64,000 nt of DNA from Candidatus Iainarchaeum andersonii SCGC AAA011-E11 (GCA_000402355.1 AQRS01000043.1:23090-87089), one strand, 5' to 3'. Shown: positions 27,427-37,686, counted from the first letter of the stretch. Notes: generated by a model from the letters alone, not told the origin. Made by a program: numbers and translations.

Positions 27427-29829
27427 TCATTTCAGAGCCTTTTCCTTTTTCGCAATTGCCTGCCTGGTCTTCAGCACGGTATCCGGGTTCAGGGAAATAG
27501 AGTCAATTCCTTGCTCGACCAAAAACTCGGCAAAATCCGGGAAATCGCTCGGCGCCTGGCCGCAGATGCCAATCTTGCGGTGCTTCTGCTTCGCAACCTT
27601 AATCACATGCGAAATCAGGCTCTTCACGGCGGCATTCTTTTCGTTCGCAATATGCGTAACAATCCCCGAATCCCTGTCCAAACCCAAAGTGAGCTGAGTA
27701 AGGTCATTGCTTCCGATTGAAAATCCGTCAAAGACCTTGCAGAACTCCTCCGCAAGAATCACGTTTGACGGGATTTCACACATCACGTAAACCTCCAAGC
27801 CATTCTCGCCCTGCTTCAAACCATTTTTCTGCATCTCCGCAATCACTTTTTTCCCCTCTTCAACGGTCCTGCAGAACGGAACCATTACTTTCAAATTAGC
27901 GAGCCCCATTTCATCGCGCACCTTCATTACTGCTTTGCACTCAAGGCCAAACGCATCCCTGAAACCGGGGCTGTAATACCTTGAAGCGCCGCGCCAGCCA
28001 ATCATCGGGTTCTCCTCCTCGGGCTCGAACTGCTTTCCGCCAATGAGGTTCGCGTATTCATTAGTCTTGAAATCCGAAAAGCGCAGAATCACGGGCTTTG
28101 GATAGAAAGCGGCCGCAATCATGGAAATTCCTTCAGCCAATTTGTCAACGTAAAACTGCGGCTTGTCCTTGTAACCTTCGGTCATCTTCAGGATTTCCTG
28201 CTTCGCCTTCTCATCCTTGAGCTCGGAAAACTTGAGCAGCGCGTTAGGATGAACCTTCACATAAGAATTCACGATGAACTCCTCGCGCGCCAATCCTACT
28301 CCATCATTCGGAATCGAAGCGAACTCAAAAGCCTGTTCCGGGTTGCCGACATTCATCATTATGCGCGTATGGGTGTCAGGCAGGTGCGCAACGTTCAGTT
28401 TTTTTATTTCGAACTTCTGCAGGCCCTCCATGACCACTCCCTTCTCGCCTTCAGAGCACACAACAGTAACAGGTTTTCCTGTTTTCACTTTCTCCGTTGC
28501 GTTTCCCGTTCCGACAACCGCAGGAATTCCAAGCTCGCGGGAAACTATTGCCGCGTGCGAAGTTCGCCCTCCACTCTCGGTTACAATTGCGGAAGCGATT
28601 TTCATTATGGGTTCCCAGTCAGGGTCAGTCGTGTCCGTAACCAAGATTTCGCCTTTCCTGAATTCCCCGATTTTCGAGGCGTCGCGGATGATATGCGCGA
28701 TTCCTGAACCGATTTTTTGGCCTATTGCCCCGCCCTCAACCAGCACCTTTCCACGGGATTTGAGCAAGTATTGTTCGAGCGTATTCTTGTCCTTCTGGCT
28801 CTGCACTGTCTCGGGGCGCGCCTGCACAATGAACAATTCGTTGGTTTTGCCGTCCTTCGCCCACTCCATGTCCATAGGAGTGTATTTTTTGCGCTTCTCC
28901 GAATAATGCTTCTCCACAATCACGGCCCATTTCGCGAGCTGCAGAATTTCTTTTTCATTCAAAGTGAATTTTTCGCGCTCCGAAGAATGCGTCGCAATAG
29001 TCTTGATGGATTTGTTGCCCTCGTGGCTGTAAACAACCTTAATCGCTTTCTCGCCGAGCTTTTTGCTCAGCAACGGCTTGAACCCCTTTTCAAGCGTGGG
29101 CTTGAAAACAATGAACTGGTCAGGGTTAACCGTGCCCTGAACAACGCTTTCCCCAAGCCCCCACGCGGAATTAATGAGAACAATTTTGTCGAAGCCCGTT
29201 TCAGTATCAATGGTAAACATTACCCCGCTGCAGGATAAATCCGAGCGCACCATCTTCTGCACCCCTATGGAAAGCGCGATTGAAAAGTGGTCGAACTTCT
29301 TGTCGACTCGGTAAGAAATCGCGCGGTTAGTGAACAAAGAGGCGAAGCACTTCCTGCACGCATTCAGCAAATCATGGGGCCCGCGTATGTTCAGATATGT
29401 TTCCTGCTGCCCCGCAAATGAGGCATCCGGCAAATCCTCCGCGGTCGCGCTGCTCCTCACCGCAACATCAACGCCCTTGGAATATTCGGATTCGAGGCGT
29501 GAGTAAGCCTTCAGTATTTCCGCCTCTATTTCCTTTGGAATCTGCGTATTGAGAATCATTTGCCTCACATTATGGCCCTTGGTTGAAAGCGAATTCATGT
29601 TGCCGGTATCAAGGCCCTTCAGTTCGTGCCTGATTTTTTCCTTCAAACCTGTTTTCTCTATGTAATGCCTGTAAGCACTGGCGGTAACCGCAAAGCCGTT
29701 AGGAACCTTAACCCCTTTCGAGGCCAGTGAACGGTACATTTCCCCCAAACTCGCGTTCTTTCCCCCTACTAACGGAACGTCCCCTATTGAAAGCTCGTCA
29801 AACCACATCACGAACCTTTCACTCGCCAT
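27427..29829 (-). CDS. ppsA: Phosphoenolpyruvate synthase (pyruvate, water dikinase)
   Basis: 800 aa with an N-terminal ATP-grasp ('VGGKNASLGEM'), the phospho-His domain 'GGRTSHAAIVSRELGIPAVVG', and a C-terminal PEP-utilising TIM barrel. Confidence 0.9.
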   Translation of the reverse strand: MASERFVMWFDELSIGDVPLVGGKNASLGEMYRSLASKGVKVPNGFAVTASAYRHYIEKTGLKEKIRHELKGLDTGNMNSLSTKGHNVRQMILNTQIPKEIEAEILKAYSRLESEYSKGVDVAVRSSATAEDLPDASFAGQQETYLNIRGPHDLLNACRKCFASLFTNRAISYRVDKKFDHFSIALSIGVQKMVRSDLSCSGVMFTIDTETGFDKIVLINSAWGLGESVVQGTVNPDQFIVFKPTLEKGFKPLLSKKLGEKAIKVVYSHEGNKSIKTIATHSSEREKFTLNEKEILQLAKWAVIVEKHYSEKRKKYTPMDMEWAKDGKTNELFIVQARPETVQSQKDKNTLEQYLLKSRGKVLVEGGAIGQKIGSGIAHIIRDASKIGEFRKGEILVTDTTDPDWEPIMKIASAIVTESGGRTSHAAIVSRELGIPAVVGTGNATEKVKTGKPVTVVCSEGEKGVVMEGLQKFEIKKLNVAHLPDTHTRIMMNVGNPEQAFEFASIPNDGVGLAREEFIVNSYVKVHPNALLKFSELKDEKAKQEILKMTEGYKDKPQFYVDKLAEGISMIAAAFYPKPVILRFSDFKTNEYANLIGGKQFEPEEENPMIGWRGASRYYSPGFRDAFGLECKAVMKVRDEMGLANLKVMVPFCRTVEEGKKVIAEMQKNGLKQGENGLEVYVMCEIPSNVILAEEFCKVFDGFSIGSNDLTQLTLGLDRDSGIVTHIANEKNAAVKSLISHVIKVAKQKHRKIGICGQAPSDFPDFAEFLVEQGIDSISLNPDTVLKTRQAIAKKEKALK

Positions 29830-29849
29830 TTCGCATCACACTCCAAAAA

Positions 29850-31475
29850 TCACTGCACAGCCTTGTCCTGCGCCTGCTTCGCCTTCTGGCCCTTCTTTTG
29901 TGCGGCCTTATTATGCTCCATGACTTTTTTCGCGTCGGTTATCTGCTTTTCGCTCGGCATCTTTTCAAGTATTTCCGAAACGTCCTTCGCGAACTTCTTC
30001 TCGAAATCCGAGAGCTCCGCCATTTTCGCATCAATCTTCTTCAGGTAACCATTTATGTTCCTGTCGCGCTCAATAATCGCGTCCGCGAGCTCCGCCTTGG
30101 TTTTGTTGTAATCGTCAATGCTGACCTTTATTGTTTTCACGAATTGCTTCTTGAAAATGTCCAGCGCCTCCATGGTTGCGTTGAACTTTTCAAGGTCCAT
30201 CTGCTCTTTCATATCCTCGATTTCCCTGCGCTTCTCCTTGAGCTTCTTGTTCCACTCCACAATGTTCTCGGCAAACAGGTCATCAATGCTCGCCGCGTAC
30301 TCCTTCTTCAATTCCCCGAGGTTGCTGTCCTCAAGCTTCGCGACATCCTTCTTGAACTGGTTGAATTCGTTCTTCACGCCCTCGAAACGGTTGTCAATGC
30401 TCTTGTCAATTTCCTTCTGCCTCTTCACGAGCTCCTTCTCCAGTTCTTTCAGCGCGAGGATGCGGTCATTTATGGATTTCGGGTCCACCTGCGCAACCAT
30501 CTCGTCGATTTCGCGCATCTTGGCCTGCAACTGCTTCGTGAGTTCGCCTTCCTTTTCCAGCGCGAGCGAATCGATTTTCTGGTTCGCATTTTGAATCAGG
30601 CCCTCGGTTATTTTGGATTCCAACTGAAGCGCGCGGTTGATGCGCTCCTCGAGCTCCTGCCTCTTCGCCTTTGACTCCTCCATGAAATCGGAAAACCCGG
30701 ATTCGGCCTGAATGATGGACGCATTGGTTTCGGAAATCATGCGGTTCTTCACCATCTCAAGACCCTCGAGTTTTCCCGTTATCTCGGAAAGCATTTTCTG
30801 TGTCTCCTGCTTCTCCCGCTGGACCTTGAGCATCTCCTCCCTTGCCTTCGCATAGAGGTCCTCCATTTCACGCGCCTTGGATTCAACCACCTTATGGATC
30901 TCATCCGCTTTGCTCTGCAGATGCATGTCAATCTTGTTCGAAAGCAAAACCTTCTGCGAATCAAAAACCGTCTCGATTTTTTTCACCTCAATCCTGAGGC
31001 GCTCCTGAATCTTTGCATCAAGGATTGCGTCCAGTTCATCCTTGAGGCGCTGAATCTCCCCAAGCTTCGCGTCAACTGTGGCCATTATCCCTTTTTCCCA
31101 GAGCTCGGACATCGTCTTGTCCGGAGCCTGCGGAGAGGAATAAGAAGGATTGTTTATGGGCTTCTCCTTAACCAGCATCCTGGGCTGCCGCTCCTCCTCG
31201 AGCTCCTCGTAAGCCTCGCTGTACAAATCATCACCCTCAAAGCTCCTTTCTTTCTGCTCCGGAACCGGCTTAGCGGGGGGAAAGGGCTGCTTTGAGGACG
31301 AAGCCTGCTGCGCCGGCCTTTTGCCCGCGACCTCATCCTTTGTTTCCTGCAAAACCCGGCGCGCCTTGTCCTCCTCAATGCCCACATTCTTGAGGTTATC
31401 AATGATTTCCTTGTCGGGAATGTTAAGTTCAACGAGTTTCCTCACCGAATCCCTGATTATCTGCTCCTTGTCCAA
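29850..31475 (-). CDS. Long coiled-coil protein (541 aa) with a small N-terminal helical domain
   Basis: Nearly continuous heptad-like E/K/L-rich sequence. The N-terminal 'NIPDKEIIDNLKNVGIEEDKARRVLQE' looks UBA/NAC-like. Confidence 0.5.
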   Translation of the reverse strand: MDKEQIIRDSVRKLVELNIPDKEIIDNLKNVGIEEDKARRVLQETKDEVAGKRPAQQASSSKQPFPPAKPVPEQKERSFEGDDLYSEAYEELEEERQPRMLVKEKPINNPSYSSPQAPDKTMSELWEKGIMATVDAKLGEIQRLKDELDAILDAKIQERLRIEVKKIETVFDSQKVLLSNKIDMHLQSKADEIHKVVESKAREMEDLYAKAREEMLKVQREKQETQKMLSEITGKLEGLEMVKNRMISETNASIIQAESGFSDFMEESKAKRQELEERINRALQLESKITEGLIQNANQKIDSLALEKEGELTKQLQAKMREIDEMVAQVDPKSINDRILALKELEKELVKRQKEIDKSIDNRFEGVKNEFNQFKKDVAKLEDSNLGELKKEYAASIDDLFAENIVEWNKKLKEKRREIEDMKEQMDLEKFNATMEALDIFKKQFVKTIKVSIDDYNKTKAELADAIIERDRNINGYLKKIDAKMAELSDFEKKFAKDVSEILEKMPSEKQITDAKKVMEHNKAAQKKGQKAKQAQDKAVQ

Positions 31476-31531
31476 GCCAAAAAACCCCTTTAAAAAGCCG
31501 AAATACTATTTGAATTTTCTATTATATAAGA

Positions 31532-32620
31532 TTACGTTTGCCTTGAAACGGCGGAAACAGCCCTTTTCCCCGCACTGAAATCCGCCCTTGCCTCTGTAAT
31601 GAGTTCGAGCGCCTCGAGGACCTTTTCTTCCTCGAAAAAACCCATTGTGCCTATGCGCAGCCCGCTGCCCGCAAAAACTCCCTTGCCTGAAGCTATGGAA
31701 AAACCTTTGGAAGCGAGCTCAGACTTTACGAAATTTTTTTCTTCCGGAGAACCGCACAAAAAACCGGTTACTGTCCTTGACTCGAAGCCCTTTTCCGCCA
31801 TCGGTTCAAAATCGGCTTCTGAAAGTATTTTCCTGGCCTTTGATGCCATTGCATCATGCTTCGCCACAAAAGCGCTAAGGCCAGATTCCAGGATTGCGGC
31901 AAGCGAATCATGAAGGGAATAAAGCAGCGTTATTGCCGGCGTGCAAAGGGTTTCGCCCTTCATTCTGTAGGAGCTTATGTTCTTCGCCAAATCGGCATAG
32001 TAACTGCGCGGCTTTTTCAAAAGCATCGAATCCGCCTTTCCATGGGCAAGAAAAACCATTGAAATTCCGGGTGCAATGCCAAGGCATTTCTGCGAGGCCG
32101 TTGCGATTGCGGAAACATCGCGCACGGAAACATTTCCAGCTGGCCAGCATGAAACCGAATCAACAATTATTTCGCCGCGGAAATTCCGCGCAATGCTTCC
32201 AATATCATTCATGCATGCAGTTGAGGTCTCGTTCTCAACAATTGCGACAGAATCAAACCCATTCAAATCCGCCTTTTCCTTCAGCCGAGAATAATTTATT
32301 CCTTTTCCCTCCGGAAACTCGGCAAGGGAAGCGTTGCAGTAAAGGGATGCGATTTCAAACAGGCGCCTCCCAAAAACACCATTCGAAGCAACCAAAGTTT
32401 TTCCAAGCGAACTCGAGGCAAAAATCGATTCGGTTGCGAGCGTTCCTGAACCTGAAAGCACCACGGCGTTTTCCGCGCAGGAAATTTCCTCCAGCATTCC
32501 AATTAAGGAGGAATAAAATTCCCTGAATTCCCGCGATCTATGATGCAACAGTTCCCTTTGCGGGAAAAGCAGGTGCTTCGGCACGTGAACCGGTCCCGGA
32601 GTGAGCAGCAAAAAAATCAC
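31532..32620 (-). CDS. Class V aminotransferase (phosphoserine / serine-pyruvate aminotransferase-like, SerC role inferred)
   Basis: 'LLTPGPV' N-terminus and a PLP-fold pattern. It sits immediately downstream of the serB-serA fusion. Confidence 0.65.
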   Translation of the reverse strand: MIFLLLTPGPVHVPKHLLFPQRELLHHRSREFREFYSSLIGMLEEISCAENAVVLSGSGTLATESIFASSSLGKTLVASNGVFGRRLFEIASLYCNASLAEFPEGKGINYSRLKEKADLNGFDSVAIVENETSTACMNDIGSIARNFRGEIIVDSVSCWPAGNVSVRDVSAIATASQKCLGIAPGISMVFLAHGKADSMLLKKPRSYYADLAKNISSYRMKGETLCTPAITLLYSLHDSLAAILESGLSAFVAKHDAMASKARKILSEADFEPMAEKGFESRTVTGFLCGSPEEKNFVKSELASKGFSIASGKGVFAGSGLRIGTMGFFEEEKVLEALELITEARADFSAGKRAVSAVSRQT

Positions 32621-34083
32621 CCAAAACCGCGCTGCGCGAGAATTTCCTTCACGCGGCTCGCCATCCTCTCCTGCGCCTCGAAAGTGTTTCCCCCTATGTG
32701 CGGCGTGAGGATCAGATTTTCAAAACCATGGAAGGAACTGTAATCGGCTGGCTCCTCATAGTGGACATCCAGGCAGACCGCGGAAGCAACGCCTGAACCG
32801 AGCAGCACACCCAAGGCATCCTTGCCTATCACTTTGCCCCTGGAAGTGTTTATCACAATAGCGCCGCGCTTTACAAGCCACGCGTTCTCCACATTCAGGA
32901 GATGCATGGTTTCAGGCGAAAGTGGAACGTGGAAAGTTATTATGTCCGAGCACGACAAAAGCTCATTCAGAGAAAATTTTTTTTCATATGAAGTTTCCTC
33001 GACAAAAGGATCGTAATAAGCCACACGCATGCCCATCGCGTGGCATATCCTCGCCACAATAGAGCCGATCCTGCCAAGCCCGACAATCCCTACCTTTTTC
33101 CCGAAAAGCTCCGAACCCATCACTTCGCCCCTTTCACGCCATGTACCGCGCTTCATTTCATGGTCCATGCAGTGAATCCGCCTTGATGCGTTCACCATGA
33201 AGCCTATCGTGAGCTCAGCAACCGAAGGCGCTGAAAGCGGAGTATTGAGAACCTCTATCCCCCTTGCAGAAGCGGCCTGCACATCAATGTTGTCGGTGCC
33301 TACGCCCTGCCTTATTATCACCTTCAGATCCGGAGCCATTCCAATAAGTGAGGCATCTATTTTCTGGCTCCTCACCACAAGCGCCGAAGCAACCGGAAGC
33401 CTGCGCTCAAGGTCAGCGCGTGATTCAAAGCGCAGCACTTTGCCATTCAGGCCGCATGGAACCGAATCCGAAGAAGCAACAACGAACCTGGAATCCAACA
33501 TGCCCGCAAGCGAAAAAAAATCCGCAACCAAAAAATCCGCATGCTCCGCAACCCCTGTACGGTTGCCGAAGGCAAAGGAAACAGAGGCGCGGCGGAACAT
33601 CGCAGCATCGTTCGCACCGTCACCAATGGCGACCAGCACATTCCCTTTTCCTGAAAATTTTTCCGCAACCGCTCCCTTGGCCACAGAAATCATGGCGGAA
33701 ACTATTTTCCCGTTTTCAAAAACAAGCTCGTTCCCGTAAACCTCGCGGATGCCGAGCTCATCGCATATCGGCTTAGCAAAAAACATGAAACCGTTAGTGA
33801 CCACAACTATGCGCCACCCTGTTTCATCCAGCCGCTTCAAGAATTCAACTGCACCATCGCGTATCTTTGTCTTCAGGAGCAGGCGCTCCGCCTCCACACG
33901 CGAAACGCCCTTTATGAGACCTATCCTTTCCTTTATCGCGTCCTCGAGGCAAATCCTGCCGCTCATGGCGAACTCGGTTATCTCCGAAACCCTTTGGGCG
34001 GAACCATTGAGCGAGGCAAGCTCGACAAGAAACTCGTTCTCGACAAGCGTCCCCTCGAGGTCGAGGAGGCATATTTTTTCCAT
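32617..34083 (-). CDS. Fusion protein: phosphoserine phosphatase-like HAD domain (N) + D-3-phosphoglycerate dehydrogenase (C)
   Basis: HAD motifs 'LLDLEGTL', 'VVVTNG', 'GDGANDAAM', then 'GIVGLGRIGS' (NAD binding) and 'HIGGNT' (catalytic His). The start was trimmed to Met at 34083. Confidence 0.7.
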   Translation of the reverse strand: MEKICLLDLEGTLVENEFLVELASLNGSAQRVSEITEFAMSGRICLEDAIKERIGLIKGVSRVEAERLLLKTKIRDGAVEFLKRLDETGWRIVVVTNGFMFFAKPICDELGIREVYGNELVFENGKIVSAMISVAKGAVAEKFSGKGNVLVAIGDGANDAAMFRRASVSFAFGNRTGVAEHADFLVADFFSLAGMLDSRFVVASSDSVPCGLNGKVLRFESRADLERRLPVASALVVRSQKIDASLIGMAPDLKVIIRQGVGTDNIDVQAASARGIEVLNTPLSAPSVAELTIGFMVNASRRIHCMDHEMKRGTWRERGEVMGSELFGKKVGIVGLGRIGSIVARICHAMGMRVAYYDPFVEETSYEKKFSLNELLSCSDIITFHVPLSPETMHLLNVENAWLVKRGAIVINTSRGKVIGKDALGVLLGSGVASAVCLDVHYEEPADYSSFHGFENLILTPHIGGNTFEAQERMASRVKEILAQRGFG

Positions 34084-34189
34084 GATACAGAAATTCACCG
34101 GAACACAGATTATAACTTTTTGACAAAAAACTTGAAAAAAACACCAAAAAATGACCAATTTTTAAGGTTTATTGAATACACATTCAAAC

Positions 34190-34615
34190 ATGGATAAGGT
34201 TGATTTAAAAATAATCGAGACGCTGAAGCAGAACAGCAGGTTCTCCATTAAGGAAATCGCGAAAAAAACCGGCATACCCATGACTACAGTACATTACAGG
34301 CTCAAAAACATGCAGAAGGCAAACGCAATAACATTCACCGCAAGGGCTGACAGGAAATACGTTGAACGAGAACTCGTGACTTATGTTCTTGTAAAGGCGA
34401 TGCCCGGAGTAAAGCACCAGAAGCTCTTCGACCAGATAATGGAAAGGCCTGAAGTCGAATCAGGCTCCATAATAACCGGGGATTTCGACCTGATTTTCAT
34501 GGCGAGCGTCAAGAACATGGACAGGCTCAACGACTTTGTCCTGAAATACCTGAGGACAAACCATGAAGTCGCGGAAACAAGGACAATGATAAGCTACGAG
34601 ACCCGCGAAAAGTGA
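34190..34615 (+). CDS. Lrp/AsnC-family transcriptional regulator
   Basis: 'DLKIIETLKQNSRFSIKEIAKKTGIPMTTVHYRLKNM' HTH plus a RAM domain. Confidence 0.75.
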   Translation: MDKVDLKIIETLKQNSRFSIKEIAKKTGIPMTTVHYRLKNMQKANAITFTARADRKYVERELVTYVLVKAMPGVKHQKLFDQIMERPEVESGSIITGDFDLIFMASVKNMDRLNDFVLKYLRTNHEVAETRTMISYETREK

Positions 34616-34700
34616 ACCCATTGAAAACCGCGGGCGTTGGTCCCCAAAAACGCCGGGAAAGCCAGCCTATTAAAATTTTATGCTAATAGATTCTCTTTGC

Positions 34701-34772
34701 GGGCCCTTAGTTCAGTGGTAGAACGCTCGGTTGGCAATCGGGAGGCCGCGGGTTCGATCCCCGCAGGGTCCA
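34701..34772 (+). tRNA. tRNA-Ala (anticodon GGC)
   Basis: Clean cloverleaf with the G3:U70 Ala identity pair, D-arm GUUC/GAAC, anticodon loop UUGGCAA and T-arm GCGGG-UUCGAUC-CCCGC, followed by a T-run. Confidence 0.85.
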
Positions 34773-34923
34773 CACCTTTTCTTTTCGTTAACACGAAAAG
34801 AAAATGTGTACCAAAAGAAAAGTGTCATGAAAAACCTGCACTAAAAAGAAAGAGTGCAAAAACAGTTTGAATCAAAAAGGAAAGTGCGCATCAATTACAG
34901 AAAGCAATTGAACAGCAAAAAAT

Positions 34924-35142
34924 TTAAGGGGAAATGAGCAGCACGTTGTCGCCGCGGAGCAAAAGCGTTCCGTACTTTTTCTTTGCTTCGCCGCCGACCA
35001 GCTTCTCGGCATTCTCGAGAACAAGGTTCATGTGCACGTCAAACGCCTGCAATGTTCCGCGCACCGAAACGCTGTCCTTGAGCTCGACAAGGACGTTTTT
35101 TCCGAGCGAATCGTTCAGCAAATCAAATGGCCTGTTGTTCAT
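34924..35142 (-). CDS. Sm-like archaeal protein (SmAP/LSm)
   Basis: 72 aa with Sm1/Sm2 motifs ('VLVELKDSVSVRGTLQAFDVHMNLVL', 'LLRGDNVLLI'). Confidence 0.8.
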   Translation of the reverse strand: MNNRPFDLLNDSLGKNVLVELKDSVSVRGTLQAFDVHMNLVLENAEKLVGGEAKKKYGTLLLRGDNVLLISP

Positions 35143-35966
35143 GCCTGTTCCTCTTCAATTTTCTTTGGCTGCTTCTTCTTAAAAATGGATAACAGGGAGC
35201 TTAAAAACCCGCCCAAAAAATTCTTCTCCTCCTCGATTTTCACCGGCAGGCCCGCGAGCTTTGCAGCCGCGCGCTGTATCGCAATCGCCGCGGGAGTGCC
35301 GGGCTTGCGCACCATAACCGGCATTATGGTTTCCTGCATGAAACTGCGCCTTACCTCATCATCATAAGGAACTGTCGCAATCACCGGCAACTCAAGCATC
35401 TTCATGACGTCATCCTTCCTTATCTCGCCCTTTTCCTCGCGCACAAAATTAATTATCACGCCAATCGGCTTTGCACCGAGCCTTTGAGCCGTGATTTTGG
35501 CCTTCAAAACATCCGCAATGCTGGGGCTTGTCGGCATCGTAATCAAAAGAACCTCGTCAGAAGCAGAAATCGCGGCAAGCACATTCTTCTCTATCCCCGC
35601 GGCACAATCAAGCAGGACAAAATCGAACTGCGGCTTCAATACGTCAACCACAACCTGCAGCCTCTCGGAATCAACGCGCCTGTAATTCTCCAGGCTTAAG
35701 CCTGAGGGCATGAATTTTACCCCGCCGGGGCCGTCATAAATCGCATCATTAGGAGTGGCCTCACCCAAAAGAACATCATGCAAAGTAATCGGCGAATTCT
35801 GCATGTTCAAGAGCAATGAAAGGTTCGCCATTGCAATGTCAGCATCCAGCAAACACACGCTGAGGCCGCGCTTCGCCAGCGCAATCCCCAGATTTGCGGT
35901 TATAGTTGTTTTGCCGACGCCGCCCTTGCCTGAAACCAGTGCAATTACCCTGCCCATTAAAACCAC
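35139..35966 (-). CDS. minD: MinD/ParA-family P-loop ATPase
   Basis: Deviant Walker A 'SGKGGVGKTT' and 'LLDCAAG'. Confidence 0.8.
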   Translation of the reverse strand: MVLMGRVIALVSGKGGVGKTTITANLGIALAKRGLSVCLLDADIAMANLSLLLNMQNSPITLHDVLLGEATPNDAIYDGPGGVKFMPSGLSLENYRRVDSERLQVVVDVLKPQFDFVLLDCAAGIEKNVLAAISASDEVLLITMPTSPSIADVLKAKITAQRLGAKPIGVIINFVREEKGEIRKDDVMKMLELPVIATVPYDDEVRRSFMQETIMPVMVRKPGTPAAIAIQRAAAKLAGLPVKIEEEKNFLGGFLSSLLSIFKKKQPKKIEEEQA

Positions 35967-36103
35967 TCAAAAAACTGCAAATTCATACATTTAGAGCATA
36001 TTATCAATTAAAAAGCTTCCCATGAAACAAACGGTTTTTCCGCTTAAAAAACTGGGTTTCGTGACTTCCCGTCAACGGAATGCCCGTTAGGGTATTGGGT
36101 TGC

Positions 36104-36565
36104 TCAATTGACATCCCTTGCAACCAGAAATGAATCTATTTCCTTTGCAAGCGCCTTCAATTCAACGCCGGCAAGGTTCGCGGCCGCTCTGACAATATAG
36201 AGCTTGTTGAGATGCGGGAAAAGCATGTACCAGCCGTTGCTCTGGATCAAAACGCTCCTGCTTTTCGGGAGCTCGGACTGGATGTAATTGAACAGCGCGG
36301 CGCCAGTAACGGCATCCGAAACCGCGTTGCCGTTGGTTGAAACAATCGAACTGCCGTTCATGGTTGAAACAACAATCTCGTCAACCAAATGCTTTTTTTT
36401 CAGCACCTTCAAAAGCTCGGCAACATCCGTTGTTTTTGTTTCGAAGTTGAATTTTCCCGCGTAATCCTCCAGCAGCTTCAGTTGCGCGACCGGCTTCACG
36501 GTGTCATCGATGTCGAAAATCACCGAGGCAATCTTTTTCAGCATGCTCCTTGTTCCGTTGAACAT
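36104..36565 (-). CDS. Roadblock/LC7-like domain protein
   Basis: 153 aa. The central 'DEIVVSTMNGSSIVSTNGNAVSDAVTGAALFNYI...VLIQSNGWYMLF' matches the Roadblock alpha-beta-beta pattern. It is co-directional with minD and 4 bp upstream of it. Confidence 0.4.
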   Translation of the reverse strand: MFNGTRSMLKKIASVIFDIDDTVKPVAQLKLLEDYAGKFNFETKTTDVAELLKVLKKKHLVDEIVVSTMNGSSIVSTNGNAVSDAVTGAALFNYIQSELPKSRSVLIQSNGWYMLFPHLNKLYIVRAAANLAGVELKALAKEIDSFLVARDVN

Positions 36566-36570
36566 AAAAA

Positions 36571-37098
36571 TTAACCGCCCAGGCCGCCGAGGCCGAGCTT
36601 CTTGAAAATGTCCTTCTTTGACTCCTTTTTATCAACCACTTGGCTGAGAGTCTGCTTCGCGAAATCTGCCGAATAAGCGTTCGGAATCAGCCGGCCCACA
36701 TCGCTTTTTTTGATTTCTTTTGTGAGCCTGCTCTTGTCGTTGAAAGCGGTTACCAAATCAACCTGCTGGTTGCTCAAATAAACTACATCGGCTACAACGT
36801 AGGTTGCCGCAAAAGAATTAAAAACCTGCGGAATCGCGGCATCCCCGAAAATCGTTACCCCGTAAAAATCGTACTCGAAAAGCGATGCCGCCAGCGAACC
36901 TTCCTTGAACAGCAGAACCCCTTCCTCGAGGCCATCATAACCCCTAAGCGTAACCACTAGGTAGCCGGAAAACTTCTTGTCATAAAAGCTCTCAATGAGC
37001 CTTTTGGCGTCCACATCCTTGAGGTTAACGCCCCTGCTTATGACCTCTCCTACAGGGAGATTCAAAAACAAACACTTCCAGGCAGCACAAAAACCCAC
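36571..37098 (-). CDS. Hypothetical protein, possibly second Roadblock/longin-like protein
   Basis: 175 aa. 'FSGYLVVTLRGYDGLEEGVLLFKEGSLAASLF' is Roadblock-like. First gene of the minD unit. Confidence 0.35.
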   Translation of the reverse strand: MGFCAAWKCLFLNLPVGEVISRGVNLKDVDAKRLIESFYDKKFSGYLVVTLRGYDGLEEGVLLFKEGSLAASLFEYDFYGVTIFGDAAIPQVFNSFAATYVVADVVYLSNQQVDLVTAFNDKSRLTKEIKKSDVGRLIPNAYSADFAKQTLSQVVDKKESKKDIFKKLGLGGLGG

Positions 37099-37284
37099 TA
37101 AATATAAGGTTCGCTTTATTTATAACTTTTGACAAACCCCCTTTCAGGGGCAAAAAAAAGCTTTTCAGCCAATTTCTAGCCACAGGCAAAAAAAGCTTTA
37201 TCGCTGCCTCCGTGCCGCACAGCCGGGCAACTTCTCGGAAAGCTATTTAAACTGAACCAAATTATTTCAATAGAGTGATTCGAT

Positions 37285-37686
37285 TTGGCGGACGGCGAAA
37301 AAAAATTCCAGCCCTCGGGAACATTAAAGCCGGGGTCTTATGTGCTCATTGACAATGAACCCTGCCAGGTGAAGGACGCGGAAAAATCCAAGCCCGGAAA
37401 GCACGGAGCGGCCAAAATAAAGGTAACCGCAATGGGAATCTTCAAGGACTCCAAAAAAAGCCTCATGAAGCCCACAGATGATGATGCCGAGGTTCCAATC
37501 ATTGAGAAGGGCCGCGCACAAGTCGTTGCGGTAATGGGCGAAACCGTGCAAATAATGGATTTGCAGGATTACAAGAGTTATGATTTGCCGAAGCCGAAGG
37601 ACATACAGGGCCTGAGCGGAGGGGTCGAAGTCGAATACATAAAGTGGGGCAGCAACATCCGCATCACGAGCACAAAGAAAGCGTGA
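37285..37686 (+). CDS. eif5a: Translation initiation factor 5A (aIF5A)
   Basis: Hypusination loop 'SKPGKHGAAK' and an OB-fold C-domain. Confidence 0.85.
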   Translation: MADGEKKFQPSGTLKPGSYVLIDNEPCQVKDAEKSKPGKHGAAKIKVTAMGIFKDSKKSLMKPTDDDAEVPIIEKGRAQVVAVMGETVQIMDLQDYKSYDLPKPKDIQGLSGGVEVEYIKWGSNIRITSTKKA

